Positions 37,544 to 45,157 of a stretch of 64,000 nucleotides of DNA are shown here, one piece after another. Source of the DNA: an uncultured Lachnospiraceae bacterium (GTDB lineage Bacteria > Bacillota > Clostridia > Lachnospirales > Lachnospiraceae); NCBI GenBank assembly GCA_950022375.1, contig CATLLF010000008.1, positions 1 through 64,000 of the forward strand, given 5' to 3'. A program made the position numbers and the translations under genes. The notes under the pieces were generated by a model that saw only the letters and a program-made list of their open reading frames with translations, did no database searches and was not told the DNA's origin. Position 1 is the first letter of the stretch. Each line of letters begins with the position of its first letter.

Positions 37544-39073
37544 TTGGCAGTTCTGCCGTATAAGCGTTCCAGAATGGAGATTGAGATGAATGATGAGAAA
37601 GGACAAGCGAAAGAACCGGAAATAAAGAGTCTTGACGAGCTGAAGGGAAAGATTTTATCAACCAGGCTTGCGGACAATATGGGAACTTTTGACCGGATTT
37701 TGCAGGTGGACAAAAATTTTGATTTGCTGAAACGTTTTTTCTATATTGGGGAAAAACAAGCGTGTTTTTACTTTATTGACGGCTTTCACAAAGATGATAC
37801 ATTACAAAAATTATTACAGTATTTTGGCGGGTTAAAAGCGGAAGATACGCCGCAGACATTTGACGATCTGCTGCAAAAATATCTTCCTTACGGTGAATTG
37901 GAACTTGTCAGAGATATGGAAAAACTGATCGGAGCAATACTTTCCGGGAAGCCGGCGCTGATTGTGGATGGCTTTGGCGTTGCGGTCACAATTGATTTCC
38001 GAAATTATCCGGCGAGAAGCGTTACAGAACCAGATAAGGACAAAGCGATGCGCGGGTCGAAGGATGGATTTGTCGAGACGCTTGTATATAACACTGCATT
38101 GATTCGCCGGCGTATCCGCACACCGCAGTTTACAATCGAGATGCTTTCGGTCGGAAAAAGTTCGCGTACAGATATTGCAGTTTGTTATATGGAAGACAGA
38201 GTGGATAAAAAATTTCTTGCGACAGTCACACAGAAAATTAAAGATATTTCCATTGACGCGCTGACGATGAATCAGCAAAGCCTTGCGGAATGTTTGTTTT
38301 CGGCAAAGTGGATCGATCCGTTCCCAAAATTTAAGTACTCGGAGCGGCCGGACACCGCGGCGGCCTGTATCCTTGAGGGAAGCGTTGTGCTGCTTGTTGA
38401 CAACTCGCCTTCCGCGATGATACTTCCAGCCAGTGTTTTTGATATTGTCGAGGAAGCCGACGACTATTATTTTCCGCCGATCACAGGCACATATCTTCGA
38501 TTATCGCGCTTGATTATCAATATTTTGGCGATTGTTTTAACTCCGATGTTTCTTCTTTTAACGGAGTATCCTGAGTATGTGCCAAAAGGATTTGAATTTA
38601 TCGCGGTAAAAGAAACAATGAATATTCCGCTGATCTGGCAGTTTTTAATTTTGGAATTTACCATTGATGGTTTAAGGCTGGCATCCATCAATACGCCAAA
38701 TATGTTAAGCACGCCGCTCAGTGTTATTTCGGGTCTTGTAATTGGCGAGTTCACGGTAAGTTCCGGCTGGTTTAATGCGGAAGCGATGATGTATATGGCG
38801 TTTGTCGCAATAGCCAATTACACACAGGTAAATTTTGAGCTTGGCTATGCGTTGAAGTTTATGCGATTGATCACATTGCTTTTAACGGCATGGTTTGGCA
38901 TATGGGGCTTTGCCGTAGGGCTTTTATTTGCGCTTTGCTGCCTTTGCTTCAACAAGACAATCGGGGGAAAAAGCTATATTTATCCGCTGGTTCCGTTTCA
39001 TTTCCGCGAGCTGATGCGCAGAATATTTCGCGTGTCGCTTCCTGCCAGTGAAAAGAGAAAAGGACAGCAATAG
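37544..39073 (+). CDS. GerA-family spore germination protein (GerAA/SpoVAF-like A subunit)
   Basis: 509 aa; FYIGEKQACFYFIDGF..., central soluble region and C-terminal 5-6 TM helices typical of the GerA superfamily. Confidence 0.75.
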   Translation: MAVLPYKRSRMEIEMNDEKGQAKEPEIKSLDELKGKILSTRLADNMGTFDRILQVDKNFDLLKRFFYIGEKQACFYFIDGFHKDDTLQKLLQYFGGLKAEDTPQTFDDLLQKYLPYGELELVRDMEKLIGAILSGKPALIVDGFGVAVTIDFRNYPARSVTEPDKDKAMRGSKDGFVETLVYNTALIRRRIRTPQFTIEMLSVGKSSRTDIAVCYMEDRVDKKFLATVTQKIKDISIDALTMNQQSLAECLFSAKWIDPFPKFKYSERPDTAAACILEGSVVLLVDNSPSAMILPASVFDIVEEADDYYFPPITGTYLRLSRLIINILAIVLTPMFLLLTEYPEYVPKGFEFIAVKETMNIPLIWQFLILEFTIDGLRLASINTPNMLSTPLSVISGLVIGEFTVSSGWFNAEAMMYMAFVAIANYTQVNFELGYALKFMRLITLLLTAWFGIWGFAVGLLFALCCLCFNKTIGGKSYIYPLVPFHFRELMRRIFRVSLPASEKRKGQQ

Positions 39074-39253
39074 GATTTACAATTTTTGCTTTAAGACGTT
39101 TTGGAACCCATTTGCCTTTGTACGAATACGTTTTTTGTTGTAAAAAGTTAAATTTGTCAGTTTTTCTGCTTGACATTGAAAGAAAAGGTAAATACAATAT
39201 TCCTTATAGAGTTAAGACCGGTAAAAGTTTTGACAGGGATTAGGGTGTCTACA

Positions 39254-40315
39254 ATGGATTGCAACAAGGAAAATGAGGGCAGACCCATTACGATATATGA
39301 TATAGCAAAGGAAGCGAATGTATCGGCTGCCACCGTTTCGCGCGTGTTGACAAACAGCACGAACGTCCGAACGGACAAGAGAGAAAGAATTCTTGAAATT
39401 ATTGAAAAGTACAATTTTAGACCGAACGCAATGGCGCGGGGGCTGGTCGACACAAGGAGCAAGACAATCGGCATTATGGTGGCGGATATCCGAAATCCGT
39501 TTTATTCTGAACTGTTTGTCGCGTGCGAGGCGGCGGCGCGCAGGAAGGGATACACCGTACTGCTGTGCAATTCTTACTGTGACAGGGAGCAGGAGAAGAT
39601 TTTGCTGGAGATGCTGGAGGAAAAGCGGGTTGATGCGATTATCCAGATGGGCGGAAGAGTGGATGAGGTCTGCACAAACAAAGAGTATGCCGAGCATGTA
39701 AACCGGACGACAAAGAATATTCCGATGATGATAACCGGAAAGTTAGATGGCACAGGATGTTACCGTGTTCAGATTGACGCTGGACAGTCTATGGAGATTG
39801 TGATAGAATATTTAGCTGGGCTTGGTCATCGCAAGATTGCATTTCTCGGCGGTGTGGACAGTGATATTGCCACAGTGGAAAGAGAGAGAGTTTATCGGCG
39901 TATGCTGAAAAAATATGGGCTGCCGTTTCCAAACGAGCTGTATCGCCAGGAAGGCAACTACGATTACGAAGCAGGTTACAAACAGATGGAGGCTTTGTTT
40001 GCCGCGGGGGAAGTGCCGACGGCGGTTGTGGCAATCAACGAGTACACTGCGCTTGGGGTGATGGCAAATATCCGCGGTCATGGTCTAAGTATTCCTGAAG
40101 ATATTTCGGTGATGGGTTATGATAATACGTTTATTTCTAGTCTGGTTACGCCGAAGCTGACAAGTATTGATTATGGCTATGACAAGTTTGGCGAGAGGAT
40201 TGTGAGTTCCGCGGTCGCAGCGGTGGAGGGCGAGAAGGTTCAGCAGGTTCAGTATATAAAGACAAAACTTGTTGTGAGGGATACGACAGGACCGGTAAAC
40301 AGTGAGCGAAAATAG
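39254..40315 (+). CDS. LacI-family transcriptional regulator
   Basis: ITIYDIAKEANVSAATVSRVL HTH at the N-terminus, periplasmic-binding-protein-like effector domain. Start taken at MDCNKEN. Confidence 0.85.
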   Translation: MDCNKENEGRPITIYDIAKEANVSAATVSRVLTNSTNVRTDKRERILEIIEKYNFRPNAMARGLVDTRSKTIGIMVADIRNPFYSELFVACEAAARRKGYTVLLCNSYCDREQEKILLEMLEEKRVDAIIQMGGRVDEVCTNKEYAEHVNRTTKNIPMMITGKLDGTGCYRVQIDAGQSMEIVIEYLAGLGHRKIAFLGGVDSDIATVERERVYRRMLKKYGLPFPNELYRQEGNYDYEAGYKQMEALFAAGEVPTAVVAINEYTALGVMANIRGHGLSIPEDISVMGYDNTFISSLVTPKLTSIDYGYDKFGERIVSSAVAAVEGEKVQQVQYIKTKLVVRDTTGPVNSERK

Positions 40316-40642
40316 ATATGTAAAAAGAGTGCGGCTGTAGGTTGCAGCTACACTCTTTTTATGCACACGGGTACCTAAGTGAAATTTGTCAGCAGAAGCG
40401 GACGGGCGCCCGGCGCGAGTAGGGAGAAAAGGAATCTTCTCTACTCGATTACATAAACGTTAGAATATTTATGCATAAAGAAATATATCACGAAAGCGGT
40501 GTATGAGTGATACAACAAGTGATTTGGTTTTGTGGATATTGCATAAAAAATTAAGAAAAAGTTCGATAATTGTGCTGAAAAATAACAAGATATTAAAAAT
40601 AGATTGACGAAATCATCGTGATAAGTGTAAAATAAAAGAAAA

Positions 40643-40656
40643 TGAAATCGATTTCA
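40643..40656. promoter_or_regulatory. Perfect 14-bp palindrome TGAAATCGATTTCA (LacI/CcpA-type operator) upstream of the GH35 gene
   Basis: Matches the TGWAANCGNTNWCA operator pattern. Lies ~30 nt downstream of a TTGACG-18-TAAAAT promoter. Confidence 0.5.
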
Positions 40657-40741
40657 AAAAGTCGTTTTGACGGAATTATGACAAAGAGAAATCGGGTAAT
40701 TATTGATTTTATAAAGAACCATAGAAAAGGGGGACTTGTAA

Positions 40742-42493
40742 TTGGGTAAGTTTGAAATTAAGGACAATTTTTATCTGAACAATCAGCCGTTTAAAATTAT
40801 TTCTGGAGCATTTCATTACTTTCGAACTGTGCCGGAATATTGGAAAGATCGATTGGAAAAATTAAAGGCAATGGGCTGCAATACAGTAGAAACTTATATT
40901 CCATGGAATATGCATGAACCGAAAAAAGGAGAGTTTAAGTTTGATGGAATACTGGATGTTGTGGCGTTTGTAAAAGAGGCGGAGGCACTTGGACTTTATG
41001 TGATTTTGCGGCCATCTCCTTATATCTGTGCAGAGTGGGAATTTGGAGGACTTCCAGCTTGGCTTTTGGCGGAAGATGGCATGAAGCTGCGCACAAGTTA
41101 TGCCCCGTTTTTAAAGCATGTAAAAGAATATTACAATATTTTGCTGCCAAAGCTTATCCCATTGCAGATCACGCATGGCGGACCTGTAATTTTGATGCAG
41201 GTGGAAAATGAATATGGATACTACGCAACAGATACAGCCTATATGCAAGAGATGAAAAAGCTTATGGTGGAAGGTGGAATTGATGTTCCGCTTGTGACTT
41301 CCGACGGACCATATCCAGAGAGCATGAATGCAGGGAAACTTCCTGGCGTGCTGCCAACAGGAAATTTTGGTTCTAAGACAGAAGAAAGGTTCTCACTGCT
41401 TTCTCGCTACACGGATGGCGGTCCGTTGATGTGTACTGAATTTTGGGTCGGCTGGTTTGACCATTGGGGCAACGGCGGTCATATGCGGGGAAATCTGGAA
41501 GAGAGCGTTGCAGATCTTGACAAAATGCTGGAGCTTGGCAATGTCAATATCTATATGTTTGAGGGCGGAACAAACTTCGGATTTATGAACGGTTCAAATT
41601 ACTATAATGAACTGACGCCGGATGTAACTTCCTACGATTACGATGGGCTTTTGACAGAAGATGGGCAGATCACAGAAAAGTATAAGCGCTATCAGGAAGT
41701 AATAGCAAAACACGCGCCTGTGCCTAAGGTGGAACTGACGACAAAGATTGCCCGCAAAGCTTATGGAAAACTTGAGGTAGAAGAAAAGGTCAGCCTGTTT
41801 TCTGTGTTGGATGATATCAGCTGTCCGGTGGAAAGTCCGTACACACAGTCAATGGAGAAACTTGGGCAGGGTTACGGATATATTTTATATCGCTCACCGC
41901 TTGCGACAGAGGAGAGTATAGAGAGGATTAAGCTGTGGCGCGCAAATGACAGAGCAAGTCTTTTTGTCGACAAGCAGTTCATTGCCACGCTCTATGACAG
42001 GGAGCTTTTGGAGGAGAAAAAATTTGCAAAGCCGCTGCCGCTGAAAAAGGATTCTCAGATTGATATTCTTGTGGAAAATATGGGGCGTGTCAATTTTGGA
42101 CCTTATATGGAATTACAGCGCAAAGGGATCGATCATTGTGTTCAGATTAACGGGCATATTCACAATAACTGGCAGCAGTACACGCTTCCGCTTGACAATG
42201 TGAACCATATTGATTTTTCGCGCGATTATCAAGAAAATACCCCTGCATTTTATCGGTTTTCTTTTACGGTGGATGAACCGGGCGATACATTCCTTGATTT
42301 TGAAGGATGGGGAAAAGGCTGTGCATTTTTGAACGGCTTTAATCTGGGGCGGTTCTGGGAAATTGGGCCTCAGAAGCGTCTGTACATTCCGGCGCCGCTG
42401 CTGAAAATGGGCAGAAATGAGATTATTTTATTTGAGACAGAGGGCAAGGTTTCTGAGACAATTACGCTTCGTGACGAGCCGGATGTCGGCTGA
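40742..42493 (+). CDS. GH35-family beta-galactosidase (TTG start)
   Basis: NQPFKIISGAFHYFR...CNTVETYIPWNMHEP...ILRPSPYICAEWEFGGLPAWL...NEYG are hallmark GH35 motifs. The family-typical N-terminus MGKFEIKD begins at TTG 40742, 7 nt after AAAGGGGGA. Confidence 0.9.
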   Translation: MGKFEIKDNFYLNNQPFKIISGAFHYFRTVPEYWKDRLEKLKAMGCNTVETYIPWNMHEPKKGEFKFDGILDVVAFVKEAEALGLYVILRPSPYICAEWEFGGLPAWLLAEDGMKLRTSYAPFLKHVKEYYNILLPKLIPLQITHGGPVILMQVENEYGYYATDTAYMQEMKKLMVEGGIDVPLVTSDGPYPESMNAGKLPGVLPTGNFGSKTEERFSLLSRYTDGGPLMCTEFWVGWFDHWGNGGHMRGNLEESVADLDKMLELGNVNIYMFEGGTNFGFMNGSNYYNELTPDVTSYDYDGLLTEDGQITEKYKRYQEVIAKHAPVPKVELTTKIARKAYGKLEVEEKVSLFSVLDDISCPVESPYTQSMEKLGQGYGYILYRSPLATEESIERIKLWRANDRASLFVDKQFIATLYDRELLEEKKFAKPLPLKKDSQIDILVENMGRVNFGPYMELQRKGIDHCVQINGHIHNNWQQYTLPLDNVNHIDFSRDYQENTPAFYRFSFTVDEPGDTFLDFEGWGKGCAFLNGFNLGRFWEIGPQKRLYIPAPLLKMGRNEIILFETEGKVSETITLRDEPDVG

Positions 42494-42705
42494 AATAAAA
42501 ACGAGCGAATTTATATGCCGCTGATAAAATAAGAAATTTTTAATTTAAGCGCAACAAGTACTTGCAAGTAACTTTTTTTATTGCTTGTATGTATCAAAAG
42601 TTTTATGCCCTGATGAAAAAATATTATTTTGTATAAATTATTAGCCACTTGCTTTATGCAATTTGCATAAAAATAGTGGCTATAATTATGCAGAAATAAC
42701 AATTA

Positions 42706-42779
42706 TGTAATCGGTTACAAAAATGAAGTTGACAAAAACTGTGCATAACGCTTATAATATAATTATGAAATCGGTTGCA
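42706..42779 (+). promoter_or_regulatory. Consensus promoter flanked by two LacI/cre-type operator half-palindromes, upstream of the SBP gene
   Basis: TGTAATCGGTTACA (42706-42719), TTGACA (42729-42734), 18 nt, TATAAT (42753-42758), TGAAATCGGTTGCA (42766-42779). Confidence 0.5.
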
Positions 42780-42834
42780 AAAGAGAAAATTACCGAATAA
42801 GATATTTCATGTTTGAATAAAGGAGGAAGGTAAT

Positions 42835-44973
42835 ATGAGAAAAAAACAGTTTGGCGCATTGCTGATGAGTGCGTGTATGGTAGCCAGCATGACCGCTTGC
42901 GGCGGTGGTGATGAAAAAGAGCCTACCCCAACCCCTACTCAGGCAGCGTCCCCTACACAGGGAACTACAGAGCCGACGCCTACACCGACACCGACCGAGG
43001 CAACGGAACCGACCGGGGAGGCTGAGCCAACACCGACGGAGGAGGCAAATGTACCGCAGGGAGATCCGGTGGTAATTCGTTATGGTACGCACTGGGTAAA
43101 TGATCTTGACCCAAATCATGTGGATGAGGTTTCCGGCGACTATACAATGAAGGAAACGGAGAGACAGGCTGCACTTGCTGCACTTGCTGCGGTGAAGGAA
43201 CAGTTAAATGTCGAGTTTGAATTTATCCAGTACAGCGCAAATACAACAGAAGAGCTGATGACAAGTGTGCTTGCAGGCAATCCGGTCTGTGACCTTGCTC
43301 TGATCTGGGGCGGCGCGGAAGGTACAGTTCTCGCGCAGAACGTACTGCAGCAGCTGGATAATTATGCTTACATATTCGAGGGTGAAGAGACATCATGGAT
43401 GTTCTATGATAAGTTGTATGGACACAACTACCTGATGTCTAATGTTATCCGCTATAAGCAGCGCTGGCCGCTGATCTTTAATATCTCTATGATCGAGAAA
43501 GTAGATTCCTTAAAGGATGCGAACGGCAAGACGATCACTCCGATGGATCACTATTTGAACGGAACTTGGACATGGAGTACATTTACTGATTATCTGACAA
43601 AGATTCAGGCTTATTATGCAAATACCGCAGCACCGGACGGTACAGTGTATGATACGATTCAGGCTTATGAAACGGATCATCGTTTTGCAGGTCTTTCTGC
43701 AATGTATTCGGCAGGCGGTGCAATTTATGGCAATTCCGGTCTTGAGCCGGATTCCGAAGCGTCCATTAAAGGTGTGCAGTACATTGAAGATCTTTTTGAG
43801 AAGAAGCTTATGGTAGACCCTGGTGTTTATGATGATGGCTTTACACCACAATGGACAACAGCAGCATCCGACTTCGGCGCGGGCGCATGTGTATTTACAG
43901 ACTGCCCTGACTGGTGGATTGGCGGCGTAGCTTCCTCCGCAGCAGACCGCGGCGAGATTATCGGTATTGTTCCGTGGCCAAGAGAAGATTCTTTAAGCGT
44001 TGATGACCCAGAGTACTCACAGGCGATTACGCTTGGCGACTCCGTTGGTGTGTTAAAGGGTGTCAGCCCGGAAAAGACAGAGCTTGCGCTGAAAGCTTAC
44101 GCAGTTTACTGGACAGAATATTACAAAGCTCTTGGCGGCGTTGATTCTGTGGTAAAATACAAAGAGGAGAGCGCGCTTACACAGCTTAGAGATATGGGAA
44201 TGGACGTATTCCATGAAGAGTACGGCGACAAGATTCTTGAGTGCTTCCTTGCAATCGGCGACAAACTTGTCAATGATTACGGCGACCTTCTTGGTATCCG
44301 TGAGACTTGGGATGGAGTGATCGGAAAGTCCTTGTACGGTTTGGAAGGTATGAGTTCTTACGATGTTGCAGTTAAGGCAAATATGAATCTCTTTACCAAT
44401 GTTACAAGCAATATGGAATCGATTCTTGCATCGAATGAAGTACATGATAACCAGCCGCCGGCAGTTGACGGTTCGACAGCAGTCTTTGCGGCAGGCATCG
44501 ACCCATCAACAATTGTTTGGAGCGAGCACTTTACAGCAAAGGACAGTGTGGACGGCGAGCTTGATATGACAAAGGCAGAGTACAAAGTTTCTGATTCCGT
44601 AGATTTCGCAACACCTGGTTCTTACGGCGATGCGGTGGAGGCAAAGATCTCCGATGCGGCAGGCAACACAGGCAGCAAGAAGATTAAAGTTATTGTCTAC
44701 AATCCAAACAATACAACGGCTCCTACAGTTACTGCAAAAGCAGAACTTCCAACCGTTGCACTTGATACAGATACTACGACAATCAACTGGAAGGATTATA
44801 TTGAATCTGCTGTGGATGCGGATAATATTGATGTAAAAGACACAGTTGCCGCTGATCTTTCTGAACTTGATACAACAACAGCAGGAACTTACAATGTTGT
44901 TCTTACTGTGACAGACTACGCGGGCAATACCGGAAGCGTAACCGTTGCTGTAGAGGTTGTGGCAGCAGAGTAG
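42835..44973 (+). CDS. Lipoprotein: extracellular solute-binding protein (family 1-like) with C-terminal Ig-like domains
   Basis: Lipobox MVASMTAC-GGG, PT-rich linker (TPTPTQAASPTQGTTEPTPTPTPTEATEPT), SBP-like core, C-terminal beta-sandwich repeats. Confidence 0.6.
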   Translation: MRKKQFGALLMSACMVASMTACGGGDEKEPTPTPTQAASPTQGTTEPTPTPTPTEATEPTGEAEPTPTEEANVPQGDPVVIRYGTHWVNDLDPNHVDEVSGDYTMKETERQAALAALAAVKEQLNVEFEFIQYSANTTEELMTSVLAGNPVCDLALIWGGAEGTVLAQNVLQQLDNYAYIFEGEETSWMFYDKLYGHNYLMSNVIRYKQRWPLIFNISMIEKVDSLKDANGKTITPMDHYLNGTWTWSTFTDYLTKIQAYYANTAAPDGTVYDTIQAYETDHRFAGLSAMYSAGGAIYGNSGLEPDSEASIKGVQYIEDLFEKKLMVDPGVYDDGFTPQWTTAASDFGAGACVFTDCPDWWIGGVASSAADRGEIIGIVPWPREDSLSVDDPEYSQAITLGDSVGVLKGVSPEKTELALKAYAVYWTEYYKALGGVDSVVKYKEESALTQLRDMGMDVFHEEYGDKILECFLAIGDKLVNDYGDLLGIRETWDGVIGKSLYGLEGMSSYDVAVKANMNLFTNVTSNMESILASNEVHDNQPPAVDGSTAVFAAGIDPSTIVWSEHFTAKDSVDGELDMTKAEYKVSDSVDFATPGSYGDAVEAKISDAAGNTGSKKIKVIVYNPNNTTAPTVTAKAELPTVALDTDTTTINWKDYIESAVDADNIDVKDTVAADLSELDTTTAGTYNVVLTVTDYAGNTGSVTVAVEVVAAE

Positions 44974-45157
44974 ATTTGATGACAACTTAAGTAGGAAAAA
45001 CAACAAGAAGGCAGGGGACTACGGTCTTCCTGCCTTCCTGTACTCTGAAATTAGTCTTGTATTCTATAAAATAACAAAATGGAGTACAAGTATGCAGCAA
45101 GTCAGGTAGGGAAGGGCAGCCATTTGGTCGCTGCCCTGCATCGAAAGGAAATCACCT

